A stretch of DNA of 64,000 nucleotides from Candidatus Uhrbacteria bacterium (GTDB lineage: Bacteria > Patescibacteriota > Patescibacteriia > JACRJV01): positions 3,728 to 67,727 of the forward strand of contig JACRJV010000007.1 of assembly GCA_016215325.1 (NCBI GenBank), written 5' to 3'. The position numbers and the translations under genes are program-made. The notes beneath the pieces were generated by a model. It had not been told where the DNA came from. It saw only the letters and a program-made list of their open reading frames with translations, and did no database searches. This document shows positions 47,594 to 57,858 of this stretch, piece after piece (the first letter of the stretch is position 1; the number at the start of each line of letters is the position of its first letter).

Positions 47594-49114
47594 CTACGCT
47601 TCCTCTCTGATCGCTTGCTGGAGCCGCGCGATGTTCTTGAGTTTCCATTCCTTCTTTCGCTTGCGCATCGCTCGCTCTTCCTCTCCCTTCTCCGGCGTTA
47701 CCGTCGCTGGTACAGCATCGACAGTAAATTTGTTCGACCAATATTGCTGCTCGTCATCTAACAGCACGCTGTGCTCCTCGACAAATTGTTGGCAGTACTG
47801 CCGGGCGAACAACCCCTCTGCCTTACGGTTCAGCTTTTCTTTTGTCGCCTGCGCGTACTCTTTCGCTTGCGATAATAAATAGACATATGCTGCAGGGATC
47901 TCTTTTCGACCAGCAGGGGTTGAATAATCGCCATTATTAATCGTGTTGATGGCATTCTTGATTTCGGCCGCATGGGGGTGATCGTTGAGCTGCCGGCTCT
48001 CAATATTCGAAGTATACAGTCGAAACCACTCGCGATAGGCCTCCGCTTCCGCCAACGCCTCCTTGCCAAAGTGTTCCCGCGTGACCGCGTGCGGGGCCTT
48101 GAAGAAATTATTTGCGCTCGTCTCAAAACATGTTTGCACTGCCGCCTGCAGACGCGTCCATCCGCGATCATTCATTGTCTCGGTATCTTCGTCAACAATA
48201 CTGGGATTGTTGACGTGCTGCTCCAAATACTTTGAGTAACTGCCGGTGCCCACTCCCACAATCATGTCAGCGGCATGGAACATATTATCTTCTATGCTTT
48301 TTTGGTTCTGGAGCTCTGCTCGACTTCGGACAAACAGCGTGCCAAATACATTATACACGTCATAGTTCTTCCGACGCTCTACAAACCTCCCCTTGATCAG
48401 AGCAAACTCATCGGGGAACTCATCGTCAGAATGGGTGAGGATCCCCTTGCCCACAGAGAGGGCCTCGACGGTGGGAGAGGCGGGGTAAAATTCCCGAAGC
48501 GCCCGGACCGCCTCCAAGGCGCTGTGGGCGTTATGCCCCCAAAGATCAGGGTTGTTCTTTGGAATGTTCTTTTCTTTCTTTGCTGGATCATCACTCAACA
48601 CGATTTCCACGGCGCCCGTGCTCTGGTTCTTTTTCATCATGGGGCAAAGTTTTCCGCAGTCATGCAGGAGCGCCCTGCGTTGAACGCCCTTAAGGTCGAC
48701 AGGCGATGTTTCCATCTTCGCTGCCGCTGTGACAATCTGATACACATCATCCAGGTGCTGCCGTTGTTCCTGCTTGGCAACCTCCGACGCATCCGCCTGG
48801 TTCATGCGCGCCACAGAGATTGCGATGAGCAGGTCATGCTCATATTCGCTGACACCTTCTTTTGAACGCCCCTCCTCCGGATTCTCGGGGGCTTCGGCGA
48901 TTTCATCGAGTGTTACAAGATATGCTTCTTGGTCCAGCGAAAGTTCAAGATACGAACCGGTGAGTGTAAGGTCTTCAACGAATTCGTTTGCTGTGGCGGC
49001 AATCTCTGCGTCACGCCGACGGCGCGCATCGTCCAAAGAAATCGGCGGTCCCATAGGCGCAACGCCTGTTTTTGAGGTTAACTCTTCCTCTGGCAAACGG
49101 TCCGGTTGTCCCAT
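47594..49114 (-). CDS. HD-domain (metal-dependent phosphohydrolase-like) protein
   Basis: H...ALLHDCGK...H..HSA...ILTH...FHAADM; start moved to MGQPDR to avoid overlap with proS. Confidence 0.7.
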   Translation of the reverse strand: MGQPDRLPEEELTSKTGVAPMGPPISLDDARRRRDAEIAATANEFVEDLTLTGSYLELSLDQEAYLVTLDEIAEAPENPEEGRSKEGVSEYEHDLLIAISVARMNQADASEVAKQEQRQHLDDVYQIVTAAAKMETSPVDLKGVQRRALLHDCGKLCPMMKKNQSTGAVEIVLSDDPAKKEKNIPKNNPDLWGHNAHSALEAVRALREFYPASPTVEALSVGKGILTHSDDEFPDEFALIKGRFVERRKNYDVYNVFGTLFVRSRAELQNQKSIEDNMFHAADMIVGVGTGSYSKYLEQHVNNPSIVDEDTETMNDRGWTRLQAAVQTCFETSANNFFKAPHAVTREHFGKEALAEAEAYREWFRLYTSNIESRQLNDHPHAAEIKNAINTINNGDYSTPAGRKEIPAAYVYLLSQAKEYAQATKEKLNRKAEGLFARQYCQQFVEEHSVLLDDEQQYWSNKFTVDAVPATVTPEKGEEERAMRKRKKEWKLKNIARLQQAIREEA

Positions 49115-49130
49115 AGATACGTTATGACTA

Positions 49131-50561
49131 TTAGTACGCAACAGCGAATGTCCATCGCTTTTCTGCTTTCTGCCCGCAGTGGATGCATCCCCCTTGTTCA
49201 GGGAGTGCATCATTCTGTAAACATCGTGTTGTCGCTTTTGTTTTTTCTTTAATGTGCGCTTCGCATTGCGCTCGCTCACACCATCGGGCTCGAACAAACC
49301 CACGCCCCCCTTCCATCATCGTAACGAATTCTTCCCAATTATCCGCTGTATGCGTGTTGTCTTGCAAAAATCTTTCTGCTTGCCCAAAAAGGGATGCCTG
49401 GACCTCATCGAGGAGTTTCAAAATGGCAACAGCAAGATCGTCAACGGCGATAGTATTCTTAGCCCCCGTATCCCGTCGGGCATACATAACATTTTTTCCT
49501 TCTCTTTCTCTTTTCCCAATCTCAAGTCGTACCGGCACCCCCTTCAACTCCCATTTATTAATCTTAAATCCCATGGTCTCGCTGTCCCGATCATCCAGCT
49601 TGGTTCTGACCCCGGCCTTCTGCAGCGTCGCAACCACCTCGCGCGCATAGTCGAGTAGCTCTGGCTCCGGTCGCACCGGAATCACCACCACTTGGATCGG
49701 CGCGAGTCTCGGGGGCAATCGGAGCCCCTGATCATCACCATGAGCCATAATGAGCCCGCCGATCGAACGCGTCGAAAGCCCCCAGCTCGTTTGCCACACA
49801 AATTCCGCCTGTCCGTCTTTGTTCTGAAAATTGATGTTGAACGGCTTGGAAAAATTCTGGCCAAGATCATGGCTGGTGCAACTTTGCAACGCCTTGCCTT
49901 CTGGCATCAAGGTTTCGTAGGTAAGGGTCATGTCAGCGCCGGCAAATTTTTCGCTTTCAGACTTACGGCCGATGTAACCAGGCAGTGCAAAAAGTTCGCG
50001 ATAAATTTTTTGATACATATTCATGGCCCAGTGCACGGTCTCGAGCGCTTCTTCGTGCGTAGCGTGCGCGGTATGCCCTTCTTGCCACAAAAATTCCGTG
50101 GTGCGCAAAAACAGGTACGTGCGCTTTTCCCACCGCACCACGTTGTTCCATTGGTTAATCAACATCGGCAGATCCCGCCAAGAATGTACCCACCGGCTGT
50201 ACGCATCGTACATGATGGTTTCGCTGGTGGGCCGTACCACGAGTTTTTCCTTGAGCTCCTCCCCGCCGCCAATGGTAACCACGGCGAGTTCGGGCGAAAA
50301 TCCTTCTACGTGCTCTTGTTCTTTGTGCAAGAGTCCTTCGGGAATGAACATCGGGAAATACGCATTCTCCACGCCGCGATCTTTTATCATGGCATCCATT
50401 TCCTTTTGCACCAACTCCCAGATAGCATAGCCATAGGGTCGAAAAATCATCGTGCCTTTCGCTGGGCCGTAATCCGCCAGCTCCGACGAGAGCACTATCT
50501 TGTTGTACCATTCCGAAAGGCTGTCAGATTTCTTCGGGAGGTCTTTTTTTTCGTAGGCCAT
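49131..50561 (-). CDS. proS: proline--tRNA ligase (archaeal/eukaryote-type)
   Basis: RPTSET, NQWNNVVRWE, FLRTTEFLWQEGHT, QTSWGLSTR, C-terminal CxxC...AVAY. Confidence 0.97.
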   Translation of the reverse strand: MAYEKKDLPKKSDSLSEWYNKIVLSSELADYGPAKGTMIFRPYGYAIWELVQKEMDAMIKDRGVENAYFPMFIPEGLLHKEQEHVEGFSPELAVVTIGGGEELKEKLVVRPTSETIMYDAYSRWVHSWRDLPMLINQWNNVVRWEKRTYLFLRTTEFLWQEGHTAHATHEEALETVHWAMNMYQKIYRELFALPGYIGRKSESEKFAGADMTLTYETLMPEGKALQSCTSHDLGQNFSKPFNINFQNKDGQAEFVWQTSWGLSTRSIGGLIMAHGDDQGLRLPPRLAPIQVVVIPVRPEPELLDYAREVVATLQKAGVRTKLDDRDSETMGFKINKWELKGVPVRLEIGKREREGKNVMYARRDTGAKNTIAVDDLAVAILKLLDEVQASLFGQAERFLQDNTHTADNWEEFVTMMEGGRGFVRARWCERAQCEAHIKEKTKATTRCLQNDALPEQGGCIHCGQKAEKRWTFAVAY

Positions 50562-50578
50562 ATAAAATCTTTTACACA

Positions 50579-51832
50579 TTACTCTCTTATCTGCCCATTG
50601 CCAAGCACCACGTACTTTCGCACCGTGAGCGCCTCTACTCCCATAGGCCCACGGTCGTAGGTGCGGTCGGTGCTAATACCCACTTCCGCTCCCAAACCAA
50701 ATACACCGCCATCAACCAGCCGGGTCGAGGCATTCACAAGGACTGCCGCGCTATCCACCTCTCGCACAAACCGTTCGGCATGCTCCGCATTATTCGTGAC
50801 AATCGCATCCGAGTGATGGGTGGAATATTTGGCAATATGCGCAATCGCTTGATCAATACTATCCACGACTTTCACCGAGACGATGAGGTCGAGATATTCG
50901 GTAGACCAATCCTCTTCCGCCGCTGGGATTGTTCCGTGTGGAACAATCTTGCAAGTTTGTCCGCACCCGCGCACTTCCACATGTTTTTCGTCTAGTTGCT
51001 GGATCAACGGTGGAAGCAACCTCGGCGCTACCGATGCCGCAATCAAAAATGTTTCTGCCGAGTTGCATACGCTCGGATTCTGCGCTTTAGCATTCACCAA
51101 AATCTTGAGCGCCATGTCCAAATCCGCGCCATCATCCACATACACATGGCAAATCCCCTTGTTATGGGAGAGTACCGGCATCTTGGCAGCAGCGCGCACT
51201 GCTTCGATCAACGTAGTCCCGCCGCGCGGGATCATCAATTGCACGTGATCACGGTCTTCGCATAATACCTTCACCGCATCGTGATCAGTAATATCGATAA
51301 ACTGGAGATACACCAGCGGCACCTTGGTGGATTGGAGCGCCCCCTGGAGCACGGCAACAATCGCCTTATTGGTTTCGAGCGCTTCTTTCCCACCCCGGAG
51401 CACGCAGGCGTTCCCGCTTTTCAAAATCAACCCCGCAATTTCTACCACGACATTTGGCCGCGACTCAAAGATCGCGCCAATCACCCCAATCGGCACTCGC
51501 ATGCGTTGCAACTCAAACCCCAGTGGACGCTTCCCGAGCGACTCGATCGAACCTACTGGATCGGGAAGTGCAGCAATATCGCGAAGCGACTGGGCGATCG
51601 ATTTCACGTTGGCATCGTTTAATGCCAACCGCCTGCGCAGCGCAGCGGTGGCATCGGGATGCATCGCCAGGTCCTTTTGGTTCGCTTGGAGAATCGACGC
51701 ACAACCAGCATCCAGCGCATCGGCCATTGCCATCAACGTCTTATTTTTTACGTCCGTCGACAAGGCGGCCATCACCGGGAGGGTGGCTTGAGCGGCGGCT
51801 GTTTTCTCGAGAATATATTGACGGAGATCCAT
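50579..51832 (-). CDS. proA: gamma-glutamyl phosphate reductase
   Basis: VPIGVIGAIFESRPNV, LRGGKEA, PSVCNSAET, VNASTRLVDG, GPMGVEALT. Confidence 0.96.
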   Translation of the reverse strand: MDLRQYILEKTAAAQATLPVMAALSTDVKNKTLMAMADALDAGCASILQANQKDLAMHPDATAALRRRLALNDANVKSIAQSLRDIAALPDPVGSIESLGKRPLGFELQRMRVPIGVIGAIFESRPNVVVEIAGLILKSGNACVLRGGKEALETNKAIVAVLQGALQSTKVPLVYLQFIDITDHDAVKVLCEDRDHVQLMIPRGGTTLIEAVRAAAKMPVLSHNKGICHVYVDDGADLDMALKILVNAKAQNPSVCNSAETFLIAASVAPRLLPPLIQQLDEKHVEVRGCGQTCKIVPHGTIPAAEEDWSTEYLDLIVSVKVVDSIDQAIAHIAKYSTHHSDAIVTNNAEHAERFVREVDSAAVLVNASTRLVDGGVFGLGAEVGISTDRTYDRGPMGVEALTVRKYVVLGNGQIRE

Positions 51833-51835
51833 AGG

Positions 51836-51968
51836 ATCAAAAATTTCCGATTTCTCCGCCCAAGGCGGATCCGCCTCTGGCGGACAATCCCAAATTTCCA
51901 ATGAAACGTCAATGAAATACTCAGTATTTGAACATTGGGTATTTTTTTAGAAATTGGATATTAGAAAT
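51836..51968. repeat. heptamer repeat hairpin carrying a nested 30-nt double hairpin (51855-51884)
   Basis: aaatttccgatttc[tccgcccaaggcggatccgcctctggcgga]caatcccaaatttccaa...gaaattggatattagaaatt. Confidence 0.7.
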
Positions 51969-52763
51969 TTATCGTTGACTCAACTCCTGTGCCCTCTTAT
52001 ACGCCGCCTGTGTTGCTGCCTTCCACAATTCTACAAATTTTTCGACTCCTAACGATTCCATAGCGGCGTTGGTGGTCCCTCCTGGTGATGTAACGCGACG
52101 ACGAAGTTCTTGGGGTGCCACTTGACGCTGATCGTAATAGAGAGCGCTGCTGCCCCGTAACGTTTCCGTGACGAGCAACCGTGCGGTCTCGCGATCAAAC
52201 CCAAGAGCGATCGCCGACTCCTCCAGCGCTTGCGCGAGCAAAAACACATACGCCGGGCCGCTGCCGCTAATTGCAGTCGCGGCATTGACCATATCTTCAT
52301 TCTTAAGCTCAAGGTGTTTCCCAAATGCCGAAAGGATTTGCTCGGTCTCAAGTTTATCCTGCGGCGTGACACCACCCGATGCGATCCACACCGTAAGCCC
52401 CTGACCAATCTGCGCTGGGGTATTCGGCATTGTTCGTACAACGCGAGAAGTATCGAGCTGTTCTTCGAGTTGATCAAGGCTGATGCCAGCCATGATCGAT
52501 ATAACGAGATGGTGGCCGATATGACCGTTCATCTCTGAAGCGAGGACATGATATTGTTGCGGTTTGACCGCAAGGACCAAAATTTCCACCTTTGGCAACA
52601 TTGCGGCAATACTGCCAATGACCGTTACAGAGCTCTCCTGTGCACACGCGCATCGGGTTGGATCCACGTCAAACACAACCACTACTTCGCACCCATGCTG
52701 TCGCACTAATGCTGATGCAATTGCTTCGCCCATCACGCCGTAACCGATGATGCCGATGTTCAT
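51969..52763 (-). CDS. proC: pyrroline-5-carboxylate reductase
   Basis: IGIIGYGVMG, LAVKPQ, RTMPNTP, SGSGPAY, VTSPGGTT. Confidence 0.96.
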   Translation of the reverse strand: MNIGIIGYGVMGEAIASALVRQHGCEVVVVFDVDPTRCACAQESSVTVIGSIAAMLPKVEILVLAVKPQQYHVLASEMNGHIGHHLVISIMAGISLDQLEEQLDTSRVVRTMPNTPAQIGQGLTVWIASGGVTPQDKLETEQILSAFGKHLELKNEDMVNAATAISGSGPAYVFLLAQALEESAIALGFDRETARLLVTETLRGSSALYYDQRQVAPQELRRRVTSPGGTTNAAMESLGVEKFVELWKAATQAAYKRAQELSQR

Positions 52764-52767
52764 ACAT

Positions 52768-52880
52768 CCGAAATTCGAATATCGAAATCCGAAACAATAT
52801 CGAATACCAAAGCTCAAAACGCTCTAAAATTTTGTAGATTTGAATTTGTTTCGGATTTCGTGCTTCGGATTTTGTATTTA
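52768..52880. repeat. heptamer repeat hairpin (TCGAAAT / ATTTCGA)
   Basis: tccgaaa-ttcgaat-atcgaaa-tccgaaa ... tttcgga-tttcgtg-cttcgga-ttttgta. Confidence 0.8.
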
Positions 52881-53939
52881 ATACGTAATAAGGTGGTCCC
52901 GATGGATCACGTCCACGTCATTGGTCGACCCCTGGTCGAGCTTAAGCTCCAGGTCCCGAGAATCCATAGTGACAATACCGCAGCCAATGCCATGCCTATC
53001 GCTATCGACAATCTCCACGATTTCTCCGTGTTCAAATTCGCCCAGCACCTTGCGCACACCAACCGCCAACAGCGTATTGCCTTTTTTGATCGCTTCAATC
53101 GCGCCGTCATCTACCACGATCACACCGCTCTTTTCTTTGCACGATAGCATCCATCGTTCATGCGTAGTAATTTTATCCGCCTCGCGCTTTGCATAAAACC
53201 GAGTGGCCGGCACACGGCAACTCAAGAGATCATCGATCTCCACGCACATCTTCCCATTGGCAATGAACGTTTCCACGCCTCCGGCGATGGCGAGCTGCGC
53301 TCCCTTCAATTTTGTCAGCATGCCTCCCATGCTATTTGCCGACACGGTGTGCGAGCAATATTCAAAAAACTCTTTTGCCACGTCGGTCGTGTCGCACACT
53401 AAATGCCGGCGGCCGTTTTTCTCGCGTGGGTCTTGGGTGTACAGCCCAAATTGATCGGTAAGGTAAATAAGATATTGGGCCCTGACAACAATCGAGACAA
53501 CTGCGGCCAACATGTCATTCTCACCAAACGCTTCCGGCTCCCCATTCGTAAGAGCGTCGTTCTCATTAATAATCGGGATAATTCCCGCCTCTGTGAGTTC
53601 AGTAAGCGATCGTTGGAAGGCATCAAAGAGTCCTCGTCGATGGAGGTCGGGCCGTGAAACAATTAACTGCGCCACGTCCAGCCCCTCATCGACGAAGGCC
53701 TTCCGATACGCCTCCATCAGTCGGACCTGCCCAACGGCAGCGAACGTTTTTTTATCGGTGAGTTTGAGCCCCGCCGTCCGCCCAATCGTGACCGCGCCAG
53801 AGCTTACAAAAAGCGGAGCATACCCTGCTCCGAGCAATTGTTTGGATTGACGCGCGTAACAATTAATCACGTCTTGACTTAATTGATCCTTTGAATCCAT
53901 CAACACGTTCGTCCCTACCTTAATGACGATAATCGACAT
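52878..53939 (-). CDS. proB: glutamate 5-kinase with PUA domain
   Basis: IVIKVGT, VSSGAV, AAVGQ, PIINEND, FGENDML, GGMLTK. Confidence 0.95.
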   Translation of the reverse strand: MSIIVIKVGTNVLMDSKDQLSQDVINCYARQSKQLLGAGYAPLFVSSGAVTIGRTAGLKLTDKKTFAAVGQVRLMEAYRKAFVDEGLDVAQLIVSRPDLHRRGLFDAFQRSLTELTEAGIIPIINENDALTNGEPEAFGENDMLAAVVSIVVRAQYLIYLTDQFGLYTQDPREKNGRRHLVCDTTDVAKEFFEYCSHTVSANSMGGMLTKLKGAQLAIAGGVETFIANGKMCVEIDDLLSCRVPATRFYAKREADKITTHERWMLSCKEKSGVIVVDDGAIEAIKKGNTLLAVGVRKVLGEFEHGEIVEIVDSDRHGIGCGIVTMDSRDLELKLDQGSTNDVDVIHRDHLITY

Positions 53940-53945
53940 ACAGCA

Positions 53946-54260
53946 TTATGCGGTCAGCGCTTGGATCAGCGTCTCTTTTGATTGAACGCCCCGCCATTGA
54001 GCAGTAACAGCGCCCTCTTTAAAAACAAACATGGTCGGTATGCTCATCACGCGATATCGCCCAGCGATTTTCTGCTCTTGGTCCACATCGATCTTGACGA
54101 CCTTGGCTTTGCCCGCCACCGCTTGCGCGATTTCGTCCAACACGGGCGCCATGATTTTGCACGGGCCGCACCAGGTGGCGTAGAATTCTACGAGAACGGG
54201 TATCGGGGAATTGAGCACCTCCTGTTGGAATTGTGCGCTCGTTATTGAAGAAATTGCCAT
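53946..54260 (-). CDS. trxA: thioredoxin
   Basis: WCGPC active site. Confidence 0.96.
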   Translation of the reverse strand: MAISSITSAQFQQEVLNSPIPVLVEFYATWCGPCKIMAPVLDEIAQAVAGKAKVVKIDVDQEQKIAGRYRVMSIPTMFVFKEGAVTAQWRGVQSKETLIQALTA

Positions 54261-54426
54261 AATAATTCCAGCGTTTATCCGCGTTTATGCCCGCGACATT
54301 CCGCTTCTAAAAATAAAGTGCTCTCCCAGTGTACAAGAAACAAGGCGGGAGATCAATTGGCCATTGTGCCGTACAGATGATGGAACAATGCTCATTATTT
54401 TGCTAGTCTATGGATAGCATTTCCCT

Positions 54427-55575
54427 ATGTCTCAAGCACGCGAAAACCGTTGGCCAGCCGCTGGAGAATCGGGGCCAAAAGCAGAACAGCACGAACGAAT
54501 ACCTGCGCCACAATGGATGCAGGAATTGCTGTTGAACAAATCCCTGATCCCCTATTATGACTTTGGTACAGATCAAGAACAAACACTGCCGGCCGGTGTC
54601 TGTGCCCATCAGCTGATCGAAAAACAACGAGAGGTCCTTATCACTATTATCGGCAGTATCTTAGAGTGCTCCCGGACATTGGATCGGCAGACGGCAGCGC
54701 GCGCCGGCAATATTCTCCGGATTAATCGCATCGAGGACCTCAAAGATGTCTCCGTGACGATTGATGACGTGGTTGCTCTGCAGACAACGGATGCCCCGTG
54801 GCAGCAGCAAGCTCCGATCATCGCCCAACAGCTCCTGTCCCAGTGGTATCAGCGTTGTAATGCACAGCAGGGCGACATCACAGCATACATAGACTTTTTA
54901 ACAAACCTTCACACGCATCTGGAGGGGTCGCTGGCAAAATTGCGGAAAACACTGCCCAAACCGATACGCACGGACGCTACAAGAATAGAACAGCCAGAAT
55001 GGGAAACGCGGAAAAAATTTTTTGATGGCCTTCTTCCAGGAACCGAAATTAACATCGCTGGCGATCCGCCACTATACATGATCTACTCCGGCGTAGATGA
55101 TCCCCAACATCCAACGACGATTGTTGGGACGTATTGGCCAGAGGAAACAGTGTCGCTTAAAGAGGGGGGCTGGGTCACATCAAAAATCCCCGACCATGTC
55201 CGTGATCCCGGAAAATTTATTTCAACCGCCTTTCAAACCCCGGCGCCAGAAGACTTCTCCACCATCCAACGGGAGCAGTGGAGCAGCCATTGGTTCGACA
55301 CAACGGTGAACAACATTCGCATCCGGCTTGTGCGCACGATCGATGGGTATGCCATGCTTATTACCGACGCTACTGTCCCGGCCAAAAATCAAAAAGAAAC
55401 AAAGGATTTCCTGAAACTGTTTCCGCAGGCGTACGAGAGTAAAAAAATCCTGGAAGATTTTGAGTTCCTTGTTGACATGGCGCACCAAGGCAGTGACATC
55501 CAGGGGATGCGAGAAGCGCTCGAAGACTGCATAACATACGCGGCAGAAGAAACGCGCATCCAAAAACTGAACTAG
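54427..55575 (+). CDS. hypothetical protein
   Basis: 382-aa ORF with no recognised motif. Confidence 0.7.
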   Translation: MSQARENRWPAAGESGPKAEQHERIPAPQWMQELLLNKSLIPYYDFGTDQEQTLPAGVCAHQLIEKQREVLITIIGSILECSRTLDRQTAARAGNILRINRIEDLKDVSVTIDDVVALQTTDAPWQQQAPIIAQQLLSQWYQRCNAQQGDITAYIDFLTNLHTHLEGSLAKLRKTLPKPIRTDATRIEQPEWETRKKFFDGLLPGTEINIAGDPPLYMIYSGVDDPQHPTTIVGTYWPEETVSLKEGGWVTSKIPDHVRDPGKFISTAFQTPAPEDFSTIQREQWSSHWFDTTVNNIRIRLVRTIDGYAMLITDATVPAKNQKETKDFLKLFPQAYESKKILEDFEFLVDMAHQGSDIQGMREALEDCITYAAEETRIQKLN

Positions 55576-55637
55576 CGGCACCAAAAAGCATCTGCGTCCA
55601 GCACGCAAGATGCTTTTTGATTTGATGATACTGGACT

Positions 55638-57497
55638 CTATCGTGGCATCGGCGAACGATCAGAAGCCTCTAAGAACCCAAGGACGTGGGAACGATATTT
55701 ATTGTAGAAGAATGCGGCCAGCAGCAAGATCACTCCAAGGCTTAAAAACGATGCGATCCGATATCCTTGGCTTAGTGAAAATGCGTCAAACAAGAACACT
55801 TTGAAGATTGCAATCGCAAAAAATGCGCTTGCCAAGATCCGAAGGTTCCGTTTTTTAAGAGCAATCCCGGGCACCACCAGCGCGATACCATAGAGGATGA
55901 ACAAAAGCGACTTGAGGTAATCACGCGCGCTCCAAAGAGATCGTTCGCTCCCACGATCCACAGATCGCAACGTAAAGTAATTATCCACTTGCCGCAGGAA
56001 GAACCAAAGCAACGTACAATGGCTCACCACTTCCAGTGCGTCGGACGCGCTATTCTCCCAATCCAAGCGCGGGCCTTGGAATTTTTTATAGAGCCACGCG
56101 GACGCGCTCGTCGAAGCAACAGTCAACAGCGCCACCAACGTAAGTTCATTAAAGAAGAACTGCGTTGTTTCAAACCCGAAGATATCAATAAACAGTAACC
56201 GGAACACGCTCATCGTAAGCAATCCCAGCCCCCACATCCGCACACCAGTCATTTGTTGCATCAGCCCAACCGAGAGCACATACGTCCCCACAATCGCCCA
56301 GCTCATCGTTACCCAGTGCTGGTCAAATTGGACCGGGATCGCGATCGCGACAAAAAAGAGTGCTAGATGTTGGAGCGCCCGAACAACCAAACTGGCAACG
56401 GCGGCGGATGAGTGGGCAACGATCGCGGCCACCGCAAACACAGCGGAAAGTGCAAATGTCCAGGCGCCCGTCGCGGCAGGGTATACTTCTTCGATCATGG
56501 CATAACTCGCCGCGTAGTAGAGGAGTGCGCTGATGGCGATACTCAATGCCATTGCGCCATCAGCTTGCTTATCGTCGTGTGGCTGGAATGATTTGTAGGT
56601 AATCGCACTGGCAACCACCGTGATGGCATAGAGCGCAATGGTGACCATAGTCGGCCAAAACAAGGCAGTAGTATAGCGATCAAGCCAGGAGCCAATGAGC
56701 AATAAAGATCCAACGGTGGTCACGACAATCAATTCTTTCCAGCCATATCGCAGCATGACAAGATGCAGCCCCCACAGTACGGCTAACCCATAGAATAACG
56801 GGAAGTACAATAGATCCCCGCCGCTTAACAGCAGCGGGCTCAAATACGCGCCAACGCTGCCGATAATGGCGACCGCAATAGCGCGATGGATTGCCGAAAG
56901 CCCGAGCGTGATCGCTACGCAGGCGGAAAGCAGGATATACGCAATTTCAAGGCCGACAAGATGATAAAACCCATACGCCGCATAAAACGTGAGGTACAGG
57001 AGCGCACTGCCTCCGCCAATGAGGGCCTGGCCGTAATTCTTGTAGCGCGCAGACCAGTGCGAGCCCATTGCCATAAGGCAGAACGACCCCACCGCGCCCA
57101 ATCCGACGCGCGCTACCGGCGGCACCCAGTTGTTATCAAAAGCGAATTTGAGAAATAGTCCTGCGCCAATCAACAACGCAACTAGCCCGATGTATACCAA
57201 TCCCTTCACGCTAAACAACTCCTCCCACCAATTCCAGGAAGAAGCATGCTCTGGAGCCGCAGAAGCGGGAGGAATCGGCGGGGGTTCATTCCGCTCTTGT
57301 GGGTGGTGTGCGGGGGCATTCTGTGGGCGCGGGATCGGGATGGGAATGGCTGGCGTTGGCGTCGACGCTGCTGCCAGCGCTTCTTGGATCTGATCGAATT
57401 TCCATCCAGCGCCGAGTAACTCAGAGACGATTGTCTCTGTACTCACTTGAGTACGCATTCGTTCTTGAATGTATCGACGAAGCTCGGATGGGGTCAT
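55638..57497 (-). CDS. DUF2339-like polytopic membrane protein
   Basis: GLFLKFAFDNNWV, ALIGGG..LLY...YA, KVFLFD...RIASFLSLG. Confidence 0.82.
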   Translation of the reverse strand: MTPSELRRYIQERMRTQVSTETIVSELLGAGWKFDQIQEALAAASTPTPAIPIPIPRPQNAPAHHPQERNEPPPIPPASAAPEHASSWNWWEELFSVKGLVYIGLVALLIGAGLFLKFAFDNNWVPPVARVGLGAVGSFCLMAMGSHWSARYKNYGQALIGGGSALLYLTFYAAYGFYHLVGLEIAYILLSACVAITLGLSAIHRAIAVAIIGSVGAYLSPLLLSGGDLLYFPLFYGLAVLWGLHLVMLRYGWKELIVVTTVGSLLLIGSWLDRYTTALFWPTMVTIALYAITVVASAITYKSFQPHDDKQADGAMALSIAISALLYYAASYAMIEEVYPAATGAWTFALSAVFAVAAIVAHSSAAVASLVVRALQHLALFFVAIAIPVQFDQHWVTMSWAIVGTYVLSVGLMQQMTGVRMWGLGLLTMSVFRLLFIDIFGFETTQFFFNELTLVALLTVASTSASAWLYKKFQGPRLDWENSASDALEVVSHCTLLWFFLRQVDNYFTLRSVDRGSERSLWSARDYLKSLLFILYGIALVVPGIALKKRNLRILASAFFAIAIFKVFLFDAFSLSQGYRIASFLSLGVILLLAAFFYNKYRSHVLGFLEASDRSPMPR

Positions 57498-57512
57498 ATA
57501 TTGGGGGATAAA

Positions 57513-57543
57513 TAAACCGTCCCGATGGTCATCGGGACGGTTT
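57513..57543 (-). terminator. intrinsic terminator
   Basis: aaaccgtcccgatg-gt-catcgggacggttt. Confidence 0.7.
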
Positions 57544-57550
57544 CGTATTG

Positions 57551-57730
57551 TTACACTTTGTCTGAACCTTGTTCAGGACCTTTTTGGTGAAGCATTGGAG
57601 CTGGCGTAAACTCGTCCTTCCATTCTTTTTCCTTTTCGCCCTTTGCCTCTGGAGGTTTCTCAGAACCTTTCTGCTCCATAAACTTCGCGGGTTCCACCGA
57701 CTCCGCCCACGGTTTTGGCCCTTCTGGCAT
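57551..57730 (-). CDS. 59-aa charged small protein (MPEGPKPWAES...GSDKV)
   Basis: Manual translation; ATG after an A/T-rich leader, ends just before a terminator; preferred over the ORF-track 57529-57840 frame. Confidence 0.55.
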   Translation of the reverse strand: MPEGPKPWAESVEPAKFMEQKGSEKPPEAKGEKEKEWKDEFTPAPMLHQKGPEQGSDKV

Positions 57731-57858
57731 AGAAATAAAACATTAATAATAATTTGTTTTTGTTTTTTAATTACTCTCATTATAGCATAAATTTTTCCAA
57801 AAAGCAAGCCGCCCGGATTTCTCCGAGCGGTGTTGTTCACTGTTTCTTATTCACTGAC

